A stretch of DNA of 64,000 nt, from contig JBGVNX010000010.1 in the NCBI GenBank assembly GCA_045126075.1, forward strand, positions 45,009 to 109,008, read 5' to 3'. Both the position numbers and the translations under genes were made by a program. Shown here piece after piece: positions 1-9,879 of this stretch. Positions within the stretch are counted from its first letter, which is position 1, and every line of letters starts with the position of its first letter. Source of the DNA: Candidatus Cryptobacteroides sp. Lineage in GTDB: Bacteria > Bacteroidota > Bacteroidia > Bacteroidales > UBA932. Below the pieces are notes generated by a model. That model was given only the letters and a program-made list of their open reading frames with translations. It was not told the origin of the DNA and made no database searches.

Positions 1-753
1 ATAGTACTGAGACATTTCAGCGACAAGAACAAGGCATTCCACTTCGAGAAAGGTATATTCAAGCTTGACATGCGCGTAGCCAAGGATTCCCTTGCCATCG
101 GCATGGGACCTTTCCTGATGAATGCAGCAGCTTGTCTTGTCACATTGTTCATCAACCAGCAGCTTCGCGACTATAGCGGAGACCTCGGAATCGGTGCATA
201 CGGCATATGCAACAGACTTATATTCATGTTCATCATGATATGCATGGGACTGAACCAGGGTATGCAGCCGATTGCAGGATACAACTACGGAGCAAAGCAG
301 TACTCGCGAGTGAAGGAAGTATTCTGGATGACAGCAAAGCTCGGAACAGTAGTTACAACCATTTGCTTCCTTATAGGAATGTTCATCCCTCGCCTTGCAG
401 TGGGCATCTTCACCCACGATGAGGCCTTGATGGATATGGCGGCCAGAGGAATGCAGATCCTGACCATAGGCTTCCCTATCGTAGGTTTCCAGATGATAGG
501 AACCAACTTCTTCCAGTGCCTTGGCATGGTAAAGAAGTCCGTGATCCTTTCACTTTCCCGACAGATACTTTTCCTTCTCCCACTTCTGTATGCTCTTCCT
601 TTATGGCATGGAGCAGAAGGAGTATGGATGAGTTTCCCTATATCTGATGTATTGTCTGCATTACTGACAGCCATCCTGCTGAGAAGACTTTTCAAGAAGT
701 TCAACAAGCTTCAGGACGGTGAGGAATCAGCAATTTTAGGTAGCCAGCTATAA
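1..753 (+). CDS. MATE family efflux transporter (5' end outside window)
   Basis: Frame open from base 1; multi-TM; QPIAGYNYGAK and LSRQ motifs typical of the MATE C-terminal half. Confidence 0.9.
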   Translation: MVLRHFSDKNKAFHFEKGIFKLDMRVAKDSLAIGMGPFLMNAAACLVTLFINQQLRDYSGDLGIGAYGICNRLIFMFIMICMGLNQGMQPIAGYNYGAKQYSRVKEVFWMTAKLGTVVTTICFLIGMFIPRLAVGIFTHDEALMDMAARGMQILTIGFPIVGFQMIGTNFFQCLGMVKKSVILSLSRQILFLLPLLYALPLWHGAEGVWMSFPISDVLSALLTAILLRRLFKKFNKLQDGEESAILGSQL

Positions 754-764
754 AATACAGAGCC

Positions 765-1373
765 ATGGAAAAGAAGATCATCATCAACATAGGAAGACAG
801 TTCGGAGGTGGCGGACGCGGAGTCGCATACGAACTGGGCAGAAAGCTGAACATCCCGGTATATGACAGGGAGATCATCAGTCAGGCAGCCAAGGACAGCG
901 GTTTCAGCGCAGAGTTCTTCAAGGAGCGTGATGAGAAGAGAGGATTCTTCTCCTTTACAGAACTCTTCACAAGCGGATTTGGTGACACTGAAAATTACAT
1001 GAGCGACAGGAGCATATTCAAGCTCCAGAGCCAGACAATCGAGAAGATTGCCGAGCAGGGATCTGCTATTATCGTGGGCAGATGTGCTGACTACATCCTT
1101 AGGGAAAATGAAAACACCCTTAATGTATTCCTGACTTCTCCGCTTGAGGTTCGCGCAGAACGTATTGCCTCAAGACAGGGAATGAGCCTTGAGGAAGCAA
1201 AGACAAAGGCTCAGGAGAAGGACAAGAAGAGGGCTGAGTACTACAACTACTACACCTTCGGTGAATGGGGAGTTGCGGGAAATTATGACCTTTGCATCGA
1301 CTCATCAATCCTCGGCATAGAAGGCACAGCCGACTTTATAATTGACTTTGCCCGAAAGGCAGGAAAGCTTTAG
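765..1373 (+). CDS. Cytidylate kinase-like family protein
   Basis: IGRQFGGGG P-loop variant, IVGRCADYIL, YDLCIDSS. Confidence 0.85.
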   Translation: MEKKIIINIGRQFGGGGRGVAYELGRKLNIPVYDREIISQAAKDSGFSAEFFKERDEKRGFFSFTELFTSGFGDTENYMSDRSIFKLQSQTIEKIAEQGSAIIVGRCADYILRENENTLNVFLTSPLEVRAERIASRQGMSLEEAKTKAQEKDKKRAEYYNYYTFGEWGVAGNYDLCIDSSILGIEGTADFIIDFARKAGKL

Positions 1374-1381
1374 AGATATAA

Positions 1382-2659
1382 ATGAAGATAAAGAAAGTCA
1401 TCATACCACTCCTTACAATTGCCGCCCTTGTGACGGCATTTATGTTTGCAGGCTGTTCATGCAGCAGACAGAAAAAGGAGAAAGACACCAGAGTACATCT
1501 GAACGACTCGCTTACCAATGCGCTTTCAGACATTCCCGAGCTGCACCCGATGGACAAGAAAATAAAGAGGTTCCTGACCAAATGGCACATCAAGGGTGCA
1601 TCGATCGCCATTACCAGAAACGACTCACTTCTTTACGCCAAGGGTTATGGATGGGCAGACGAAGAAATGGGAGTCGAGATGGAGCCCGGACATATCATGA
1701 GAATGGCGTCTGTATCCAAACTGATTACAGCAGCAGGCATCATGGTCCTGCAGGACATGGACTCATTGAGCATCAAGGATACAGTTTTCGGTCCCGGAGG
1801 AATCCTCGATGACCCGTTCTTCAATGACCTGACAAAGTGTGATAGAAATTACAGAAAAATAACAGTAGAACACATCTTGCGCCACCAGGCTGGTTTCCGC
1901 AGAGACCCTTTGTTTTCTGCTGTAGACGTAAAGAACCAGCTCGGACTGGATCATGCTCCGACTAAGGAAGATTATTTCGGACTTGTACTAAGCCGGAAAC
2001 TCAGATGGGTTCCCGGCACTAGTCAGAAGTATTCCAACTTCGGCTACCTGCTGCTCTCAGAGATAATCGAAAGGGTGTCAGGCATGCCTTATGAGGACTT
2101 CATCAAAGAGAAGGTCCTGGATCCTGCAGGATGCTTCGACATGCACATCGGAGGCATTTATTACGAGGATAAGAGAGTCAATGAGGTAAGATACTACACC
2201 CACGAGGGAGACGGCAAATATATTGAGGAATATAACGGCAGCGGTGTAATGGTAGAACGCTGCTACGGCGGTACCGACCTCCCCCTGCTTTCCGGAGCGG
2301 GAGCATGGTGCGGTTCTCCAGCTGAGATCGCCAGACTCGTATCAAGCCTCAACGGAATACAAGGTGTAGAAGATATCATTACACCGGAAAGTTTCCATCA
2401 GATGATCGAGTATTTCGACAAGGAGACATTCTCACTCGGATGGAACGACACTACTCCAGAAAGAGGATGGAGCAGAACCGGAACTTTGGCAGGCACAAGT
2501 GCGCTTGTGAGACATTATCCTGACGGAGAATGCTGGGTCATGATTACAAACACCAGTACATACAGAGGGCCTCGGTTCCCTAAGTATACCGAAGCCCTCT
2601 TCAAGGAATGTCGCGCACTGTACAGCGACAAATTGCCAAAGCGCAATATGTTTGAATAA
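1382..2659 (+). CDS. Serine hydrolase, beta-lactamase/AmpC-like, probable lipoprotein
   Basis: SxxK (ASVSK), YSN motif, FAGC lipobox-like sequence. Confidence 0.85.
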   Translation: MKIKKVIIPLLTIAALVTAFMFAGCSCSRQKKEKDTRVHLNDSLTNALSDIPELHPMDKKIKRFLTKWHIKGASIAITRNDSLLYAKGYGWADEEMGVEMEPGHIMRMASVSKLITAAGIMVLQDMDSLSIKDTVFGPGGILDDPFFNDLTKCDRNYRKITVEHILRHQAGFRRDPLFSAVDVKNQLGLDHAPTKEDYFGLVLSRKLRWVPGTSQKYSNFGYLLLSEIIERVSGMPYEDFIKEKVLDPAGCFDMHIGGIYYEDKRVNEVRYYTHEGDGKYIEEYNGSGVMVERCYGGTDLPLLSGAGAWCGSPAEIARLVSSLNGIQGVEDIITPESFHQMIEYFDKETFSLGWNDTTPERGWSRTGTLAGTSALVRHYPDGECWVMITNTSTYRGPRFPKYTEALFKECRALYSDKLPKRNMFE

Positions 2660-3766
2660 TTAACGCTTGTAAGTCTTTATCTCAAACTCACCACCGAGTA
2701 TACCATAGCCGTTCTCCGCGAGTGACTCAAGTTCGTTCTCGCCTGGATAGACCTCAACAGGAGCGATGAACTGTACCATCTCTGTGATCTGAGATGTAAT
2801 AGGCTGGCTGTATGCAATACCACCTGTAAGGATGATTGCATCCACCTTACCTGCTACGACTGTAGCCTCTGCACCTATGTACTTTGCAACTGAAATACAG
2901 AAGCTTCTGAGGAAATCAGCATATACCTTCTCCCCTTCTGCTGCACGCGAAACAATCTCACGGAAATCATTGGTTCCCAGATGGGCCACTGCACCACCCT
3001 TTCCTACGAGCATCTTCTTTATCTCAGCCTTGGAATACTGACCGCTGAAGCACATCTCGACAAGAGGGAAAGCAGGAACCGAGCCTGCACGCTCAGGGCT
3101 CATAGGACCATCACCGCCAAGAGCATCATTCACATCGATGACGTAGCCGTTTCTATGAAGGGAGACTGAAGATCCGCCGCCCATATGAGCTACGATTACC
3201 GTCACTTCCTTATTGGTCTTTCCTACATTACGGGCATAACGGCGCACCATCGCACGTGAGTTCAATGTGTGGAAGGCCGCTCTGCGCTCAAATGCAGGAT
3301 GTCCTGTAAGCTTCAGCTCAGGCAGCATTTCGTCAGAGGTCGGAGCATCTGCTATATATGCCTTACATATGCCCTCTTCACCTTTTTCCGCACGTAACTT
3401 ATTGATATCAGCAGCGAGGTCGTCAGCTATAAGAGCACTCAGATTGCATGCATGTACACCATTTCTACCCTCTAGCAAAGCCTCACGCATCTGTGGCGTA
3501 ACTTCGTAAACACCTGCCTGGATAGGAGTGATCAAGCCACCACGGGCCATGATCAGGTCGATCGAATCAAGATCAACGCCGTTCTCTGCAAGGAAGTTCA
3601 CGATTGCATCGCGGCGCATGCCGCCCTGATGCATTACTGACTCATACTTTGCGATCTCTTCTGCAGAGTGGGTGAGATTGGTCTCGAATCTCTGCTGTCC
3701 ATCCTCATAATAAGCGATTTTTGTAGAGGTTGAACCCGGGTTGATTATAAGAATATTTCCTTTCAT
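2660..3766 (-). CDS. buk: Butyrate (branched-chain acid) kinase
   Basis: INPGSTSTK, ARGG, HMGGG, GPMSPERAG, YPGENE; start taken at MKGNIL. Confidence 0.92.
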   Translation of the reverse strand: MKGNILIINPGSTSTKIAYYEDGQQRFETNLTHSAEEIAKYESVMHQGGMRRDAIVNFLAENGVDLDSIDLIMARGGLITPIQAGVYEVTPQMREALLEGRNGVHACNLSALIADDLAADINKLRAEKGEEGICKAYIADAPTSDEMLPELKLTGHPAFERRAAFHTLNSRAMVRRYARNVGKTNKEVTVIVAHMGGGSSVSLHRNGYVIDVNDALGGDGPMSPERAGSVPAFPLVEMCFSGQYSKAEIKKMLVGKGGAVAHLGTNDFREIVSRAAEGEKVYADFLRSFCISVAKYIGAEATVVAGKVDAIILTGGIAYSQPITSQITEMVQFIAPVEVYPGENELESLAENGYGILGGEFEIKTYKR

Positions 3767-3773
3767 GGCTAGA

Positions 3774-4676
3774 TTAGAACATTGCTGCAATAGCGATTGA
3801 ATTCAATTTGGTCTCTATGCTGTCGGCACGGCTTGAAAGTACACAAGGGACTTTCGCTCCTACAAGGATACCTGCCTGCTTTACTCCAGGAACCAGCTTT
3901 GAATTTGCCTTGTAGAACACATTTCCGGACTCGATGTTAGGGAACAGGATGCAGTCAGCATCTCCAGCCACAGGGCTTACAAGGCCCTTGATCTGAACTG
4001 ACTCCATATCAATAGCGACATCGAGCGCCAGAGGACCGTCTGCGATGCATCCCTTGATCTGTCCACGCTCGGCCATCTTTGAAAGCATGGCTGCCTCTAC
4101 AGAAGCAGGCTGACTTGCGAGAACCTGCTCGGTAGCAGCAAGGATTGCAACCTTAGGTGTCTGTACTCCTACAGCCTTCGCTGTTCTGATAAGACATTCC
4201 ATGATGATCTGCTTCTGCTTGATGTCCGGTGCAGGAATAACTGCAACGTCACCGACAAAAAGGAGCTTATGATATGACGGAATCTCAAGAGTAGTACAAT
4301 GTGTCAGAGTGCCCTTTGGAGGAAGAAGTCCTCTCTCCTTGTTCAGGATGGCACGAAGGAACTTGTCTGTCGAGCATAGTCCCTTCATAAGGAAGTCTCC
4401 CTGGCCGTCATTGATCATCTGTACTGCCTGAGCTACAGACTTGAGCTCATCAGGATTGTGTACGATTGTAAATACAGACACGTCGACACCTTCCTCGGCA
4501 CATGCCTTTGCTATAAGATCCTGGTCTCCCACGAGTGTCACGTCAGCCAGTCCAAGTTCTACTGCCTTGCCGGCCGCTGCTACTGTATGAGTATCAACTC
4601 CCCAAGCAGCAATCATTCTTTTTCTGTTGCCCCTGCCCTTGAGCTCGGCATAGATCTGTTCAAATTTTGTAAACAT
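3774..4676 (-). CDS. ptb: Phosphate butyryltransferase / acyltransferase
   Basis: LMKG, DGPLALDVA, PNIESGN, SSRADS; directly upstream of buk. Confidence 0.88.
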   Translation of the reverse strand: MFTKFEQIYAELKGRGNRKRMIAAWGVDTHTVAAAGKAVELGLADVTLVGDQDLIAKACAEEGVDVSVFTIVHNPDELKSVAQAVQMINDGQGDFLMKGLCSTDKFLRAILNKERGLLPPKGTLTHCTTLEIPSYHKLLFVGDVAVIPAPDIKQKQIIMECLIRTAKAVGVQTPKVAILAATEQVLASQPASVEAAMLSKMAERGQIKGCIADGPLALDVAIDMESVQIKGLVSPVAGDADCILFPNIESGNVFYKANSKLVPGVKQAGILVGAKVPCVLSSRADSIETKLNSIAIAAMF

Positions 4677-4691
4677 CTTCTTTATAAAATT

Positions 4692-4716
4692 ATCCCCGGC
4701 ATGAAATACCGGGGAT
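4692..4716 (-). terminator. Hairpin between ackA and ptb (attenuator or mRNA-stability stem)
   Basis: ATCCCCGG-N9-CCGGGGAT inverted repeat. Confidence 0.45.
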
Positions 4717-4721
4717 GTTGA

Positions 4722-5936
4722 TTACTCTTCTTCGTTCTGAACTATGTTCATTGTATCGCGGGCAATCATCAGCTCCTCGTTTGTTGTGATGAGGGCTACC
4801 TTTACCTTAGAGTCAGGCAGTGTGATGATTGTATCAACGCCTCTTACGACATTCGCATCATAGTCAAACTTCACGCCCAGATATGTAAGGTTTTCACATA
4901 CTCTGCGACGCAGGCGGCTGTTATTCTCACCGATACCTCCTGTGAAGACGATGAGGTCAACACCGTTCATAGCTGCTGAATATGCTCCGATATACTTGGT
5001 GATCTCGTATGTAAGTTTCTTGAGAACGAGCTTAGCCTTAGGATTACCCTCGTTTGCAGCATCATCAAGATCACGAGCGTCCGAAGAAACGCATGAAAGG
5101 CCGAGGAAACCACTCTTCTTATTGAGGATAGTACTCATCTGTGCGGCAGTGAGACCTTCCTTCTCCTGGATGTATGTCACGACTTCCGGGTCGATGCTTC
5201 CGCTTCGTGTTCCCATGATAAGACCCTCGAGCGGTGTGAATCCCATTGTAGTATCGATAGACTTTCCGTTTACGACTGCTGCTATAGAGCTGCCGTTTCC
5301 GAGGTGGCATGTGATGATCTATGAGTTCTGCGGATCGAGACCAGCGAACTTTGCACCCTTTGCAGACACATACTTGTGGCTTGTTCCATGGAAACCGTAA
5401 CGACGGATACCATATTTCTCATAATACTCATATGGAAGGCCGTACATAAATGCATATGATGGCATTGTCTGGTGGAATGCTGTGTCGAATACGCCCACCT
5501 GCGGCACTTCCGGAAGTACTGCTGAAACAGCCTTGATTCCAAGAATGTTCGCAGGATTGTGCAGAGGAGCAAATACCGAGCACTTCTCAAGCTGAGCTAC
5601 AACCTCATCTGTAATAAGCTGGCTGCATACGAATTCCTCTGCTCCGTGTACGACTCTGTGACCTACAGCCTCGATATCCTCAAGTGTCTCGAGGACTCCG
5701 TACTCCTTGTCAAGAAGAGCATCCAGGACAGCCTTGATGCCGACTGTATGGTTCTCTATCGGCATTTCCCTTACAAACGAATCCTTGCCAGTAGCCTGAT
5801 GCTTGAGGCAACCAGTCTCCATTCCAATCCTCTCAACAATACCTTTGGCAAGAAGATCATAAACTTCGTCGTTCTTCATATCAAGAAGCTGATATTTTAG
5901 TGAAGAACTTCCGCAATTAAGTACTAAGATGATCAT
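4722..5936 (-). pseudogene. ackA: Acetate kinase interrupted by one in-frame TAG at 5319-5321
   Basis: LNCGSSSLK, GHRVVHG, RRYGFHGTSH, then NS*IITCHLGNGSS continues in the same frame into MGFTPLEGL and FTGGIGEN. Confidence 0.88.
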
Positions 5937-5984
5937 TATAAAGTAGTTTTTAGTTTATTTCCTTTTTTAAAAAGCACATCATTG

Positions 5985-5992
5985 CAAAGTTA
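5985..5992 (-). promoter_or_regulatory. Bacteroidetes -7 promoter element for ackA-ptb-buk
   Basis: TAACTTTG on minus strand (consensus TAnnTTTG), about 50 nt upstream of the ackA start. Confidence 0.6.
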
Positions 5993-6030
5993 ACAAAATA
6001 TTCACTATTTTAGCAAAAATTAGGAAGGAA

Positions 6031-7149
6031 ATGAAAGTGGAGAGAGAGATTGCGGGGATAGCATTACCTTTTGCTGCCGGAGCCATAGCCAGCGCATATA
6101 TCGGCATGGTCTTTTTTTCAACACATCCGATTGCAGCAGTCGTGCCTTTTCTGGCAATAATATCAGCATTGACATACTTGCATCATTCGGGCGAAGAGGT
6201 CCATGCAGTATCAGGAAGAATAGCCGTGGCCATAGCCATGACAGCCTGCGGCTGGGTATGCGGCATTACTGACACCTTTCTTGCTTTTAGCCAGACTATT
6301 AATCACGGCTGGCTGGAGGCTGTTGCCCTTGACCTGTGTTCGCGGACAGAGGCTGTAATAAACAGCATACCCTTCCAGAAAGAAGAAACAGGAGAGATTG
6401 TAAAAGCCTTGATCACCGGAGAGAAAAGCGGAATACCCGGCAATATCAAGGAAGCATTCAGAAATAGCGGAGCCTCACATATCCTTGCGCTTTCAGGCCT
6501 GCACCTTGGCATAATTTACGGAATTCTCCGTGGTATGCTGTTCTTCATTGGAAACTCTTCTGCAGCAAAAGACCTCAAGAGCATCATCCTGGTCCTTGTC
6601 TGCGGTTTCTATACACTGGCAACTGGCTCAGGGCCTTCAATAATGAGAGCTTTCACCTTCATTACCATCGGCGAATATGCAAATTTCAGAAAATACAAGA
6701 TGAGCCTGCCTCTTGTGATGATGAGTGCAATGATGATACAGATAGTGCTATCTCCCAGCAGCATCACCGAGATAGGATTCCAGCTGTCATATGCCGCTGT
6801 CGCAGGAATCGCATTCATCTTCCCCGTCCTGCAGGGATTCTGGCCCGGGGACAGAAATGACGACTCATTCATGACAAAGTGCGCACGATGGATATGGGAC
6901 TCAGCTGCAATATCCATATCTTGTCAGATAACTACAGGGCCGTTGGCATATATCTATTTCCGATCCTTTCCGGTACATTTCATCCTGACTAACATTATTG
7001 CTGTTCCACTATGCGGAATAATAATCCCATCAGTCCTTCTGACCATCGTGCTGCACAGCATCGGCTTGTGCCCAGAAATAATTATTAGGGCCTCGGAATT
7101 GCTGATAACAGCCCTTTCCGAAGCCCTCCATATCATTTCTTCAATGTAA
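6031..7149 (+). CDS. comEC: ComEC/Rec2 family competence membrane protein (core domain only)
   Basis: SHILALSGLHLG, SIMRA, GFQLSY motifs. Confidence 0.88.
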   Translation: MKVEREIAGIALPFAAGAIASAYIGMVFFSTHPIAAVVPFLAIISALTYLHHSGEEVHAVSGRIAVAIAMTACGWVCGITDTFLAFSQTINHGWLEAVALDLCSRTEAVINSIPFQKEETGEIVKALITGEKSGIPGNIKEAFRNSGASHILALSGLHLGIIYGILRGMLFFIGNSSAAKDLKSIILVLVCGFYTLATGSGPSIMRAFTFITIGEYANFRKYKMSLPLVMMSAMMIQIVLSPSSITEIGFQLSYAAVAGIAFIFPVLQGFWPGDRNDDSFMTKCARWIWDSAAISISCQITTGPLAYIYFRSFPVHFILTNIIAVPLCGIIIPSVLLTIVLHSIGLCPEIIIRASELLITALSEALHIISSM

Positions 7150-7155
7150 CCTCTA

Positions 7156-8202
7156 TCAGAGATTCTCCAGGACAAACCCTTCCGAGCACCACGACTCAAA
7201 GGTTCCGTCCTTGTCATATATCAGACAGCCTTCCAGGTCTTCTCTACCCTGCAGAAGAGCGATCGACTGTTCAAGTCCGACCACCATACAATATGTTGCA
7301 TAAGCATCAGCAATAGTGGCATTTTCCGCTACAACAGTTGCACTCAACAGATTATGCCCTACAGGATAGCCTGTACGCGGGTCGATTGTATGGGCATATT
7401 TCTTTCCGTCACGCACATAATACTTTCGATAATTGCCTGAGGTCACAATTCCGTGCGGGCCGGCAGGAGCTCTGAAGATTCCCTGAATCTGTTCTCCTGG
7501 AGTATTGTTTCCGTCAACTGGACGGTCTATGCCTACTGTCCAAGGTCTGCCAGAGGGATTGAAACCGTCGCAGAATATCTCACCTATGTCCACAAGCATA
7601 TCCTTTACCCCGATCGAGTACAGGTACCTTGCCACCACATCGCAGCTGTAGCCCTGAGCTATCGCATTAAAATTAAGTTTCGGAAGGGCTTCATTGGAGG
7701 AGTCAAGCAGCATGGAGCCATTCAGAGGAGAGGGCATCTGTCTCTTCAGACGAGCCATACCTGATGCTGCAAGGACCTTGTTCACTTCCTCATCTGACGG
7801 CAGGGAATCTGTAGTGAATCCGAAACCCCACAGATCGAACAAAGGAGCGGAAGCAACATCAACTACACCACCGGTAGCCTCGAAAATTTCATATGCAGAG
7901 TCATAGATATCAAGGAACAACGAATCAGGCCTTACGGTCTCACCAGCGTTGAAGCGGCTCAGAATGGAATTCTTGTTGTATCCTGAGAGAGACCTGTCTA
8001 TACGACTCAGAAGAGCATCCACAGAATCCCGGACCTCCTTCACTGGCACAGACACGTCTTTCATATTGATCTTCACTGTATAAGTACCTCCCTGCGCATA
8101 TCCAGACAGGGTCACATACCTGTCAGGAGAAGTACATGCGGTCAGCATGCTTAACGCAGAAAGTACAATCATCACTCCGATATTTCGCAATATAACAGTC
8201 AT
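7156..8202 (-). CDS. apbE: FAD:protein FMN transferase (ApbE), lipoprotein
   Basis: LTAC lipobox, NAIAQGY, VTSGNYR, HTIDPRTG, ADAYAT; start taken at MTVILR. Confidence 0.9.
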   Translation of the reverse strand: MTVILRNIGVMIVLSALSMLTACTSPDRYVTLSGYAQGGTYTVKINMKDVSVPVKEVRDSVDALLSRIDRSLSGYNKNSILSRFNAGETVRPDSLFLDIYDSAYEIFEATGGVVDVASAPLFDLWGFGFTTDSLPSDEEVNKVLAASGMARLKRQMPSPLNGSMLLDSSNEALPKLNFNAIAQGYSCDVVARYLYSIGVKDMLVDIGEIFCDGFNPSGRPWTVGIDRPVDGNNTPGEQIQGIFRAPAGPHGIVTSGNYRKYYVRDGKKYAHTIDPRTGYPVGHNLLSATVVAENATIADAYATYCMVVGLEQSIALLQGREDLEGCLIYDKDGTFESWCSEGFVLENL

Positions 8203-8220
8203 AACGGCAAAGTATTTGCA

Positions 8221-8228
8221 CAAAGGTA
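8221..8228 (-). promoter_or_regulatory. -7 promoter element for apbE
   Basis: TACCTTTG on minus strand, 18 nt upstream of the ATG. Confidence 0.5.
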
Positions 8229-8281
8229 GCGGTTTTTCAAAGAAATTTAACGATATTTGCACGATTATACACCAAAATTCA

Positions 8282-9361
8282 ATGTCTGAAATGAGTTTTA
8301 GAAAACTGAATTACCTTTGCCTTATCCTCGCATCTGCGCTGGCTGTGACTTCATGTAAGGACGACGATGAGACAACCGTAACCCCATCGCTTGACGGAGG
8401 CCTGTCATTCTTTGTTCCAGAATATGTTCTCCCGGAGGCAGTCGTGACAATGGTACCATCAGGAGTAGCTCACCCCGACGGTGAGGAACTCGGATATTGC
8501 TGGAAGGTATCTCCGACAATGACAAAAGCCGATACTACAAGATACGACAACGGACTTGACAAGAACGGCAAGCCGTCTGACGGATCCTTTACACATACCT
8601 TCTCCGACACGCTCAAGACCTACACAGTAACCGGCTATGCCTTTGCTGAAGGATATTCAACTTCCAGCAAAAGCCACTATGTAACTGTAGTTAAAGGCGG
8701 ACTTGACGGATCGATCAAGAACATAGCACTGACAGGTATGCCATCATTCGAGATCAATGGAACCAAATATCCATACGCAACTATAGGATCTACTGACTGG
8801 ATGTGCCGCAACATGTCTGACCCTGCAGCAGGAGCCCCATACATGAACAACAGGGCAATGGACGACGTATTCGGAAGATATTACTCTTATGAGGAGGCTC
8901 TCGAAATCTGTCCTGAGGGATGGCAGCTTCCATCAGAGAAGGATTGGATTGAGCTTGCTGTTGCAGCTGGAGCTGAAGATGCAACTGAATATGAGACTAT
9001 AAAGGGCATCGCCGCAGCCATTATGGGCAATACGTATTTCAACGACGACCTTATGTGGGAATACTGGCCATCTGTCGGCGAAATAACAAACAGCACAGGC
9101 ATTTCAATGATACCTGTCGGTTATGCGACTCTTGGCAACAAGAGCACAAACCCTAAGGAGAATGAATTTATTGACCACACATACCCTCAGGCAATGTTCA
9201 AGGGATACAAACAGTATGCAGCCTTCTGGACAGCTGACAGAGCTAAAGATGAGGAAGGAATGGCATATTACAGATATCTCATCAGCGAGCAGCCAGACCT
9301 TTTCATAGAAAAGGGTGGCGTCAATTCATTTGGAGCGTCTGTAAGATGTATTAGAAAATAG
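8282..9361 (+). CDS. FISUMP (Fibrobacter succinogenes major paralogous) domain lipoprotein
   Basis: VTSC lipobox followed by KDDDE; WMCRN, GRYYSYEEA..CPEGWQLPS, C-terminal SVRCIRK. Confidence 0.82.
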   Translation: MSEMSFRKLNYLCLILASALAVTSCKDDDETTVTPSLDGGLSFFVPEYVLPEAVVTMVPSGVAHPDGEELGYCWKVSPTMTKADTTRYDNGLDKNGKPSDGSFTHTFSDTLKTYTVTGYAFAEGYSTSSKSHYVTVVKGGLDGSIKNIALTGMPSFEINGTKYPYATIGSTDWMCRNMSDPAAGAPYMNNRAMDDVFGRYYSYEEALEICPEGWQLPSEKDWIELAVAAGAEDATEYETIKGIAAAIMGNTYFNDDLMWEYWPSVGEITNSTGISMIPVGYATLGNKSTNPKENEFIDHTYPQAMFKGYKQYAAFWTADRAKDEEGMAYYRYLISEQPDLFIEKGGVNSFGASVRCIRK

Positions 9362-9372
9362 ACTGCAAAGTT

Positions 9373-9876
9373 TTAACGCATATCTGTCACAATCCAATCT
9401 GACCCGAAAGTCATCTGAGGGCGGAAGGATGTGACAGATTTTTTTTCTGATGACGTCATAGTGACAACCCTTGCCTTCATGACTGTGCCATCCTCATGGA
9501 CAAAAGAGAAGCTATCTATCATACCATTCTGTGCGAGCTTCACATCTCTCACTTTTGTGAGATCATATCCTCCCGGACCAGGTTCTATGACGACTTCCTT
9601 TACTGAATTATCTATCGTCCATACAGAAGTACCGTCGCAATAGACAGTGATCTCACCTGTTTCCATCACATAACATCCGTCTTGTGCCAGAAGTTCAGCT
9701 TCACCGGAAATACGCATCTCCGACATTGTCAACGTATATGTACACTTTATCGACAGACACGAATCCGACAACGCAGAATACAGCTTCTCAAAAGCCGCAT
9801 CCTGCGTTGTCTGTGAATATGCCTGAAACGCTGCAAGGAATGCAACGACAGCTAAAATAAATTTCTTTATTCTCAT
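9373..9876 (-). CDS. LolA-like outer-membrane lipoprotein carrier
   Basis: Signal peptide, YCDGTSVW...EVVI motif, position immediately downstream of ftsK. Confidence 0.7.
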   Translation of the reverse strand: MRIKKFILAVVAFLAAFQAYSQTTQDAAFEKLYSALSDSCLSIKCTYTLTMSEMRISGEAELLAQDGCYVMETGEITVYCDGTSVWTIDNSVKEVVIEPGPGGYDLTKVRDVKLAQNGMIDSFSFVHEDGTVMKARVVTMTSSEKKSVTSFRPQMTFGSDWIVTDMR

Positions 9877-9879
9877 CTG

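Noticed and set aside
5319-5321. Genome-wide TAG reassignment or pyrrolysine
   Set aside because: Several intact genes end in TAG (e.g. at 1373, 9361, 28828) and no other internal TAG was found
8282-9361. FISUMP (and the FGE domain at 39584) as diversity-generating retroelement targets
   Set aside because: No reverse transcriptase and no template/variable repeat pair seen in the window
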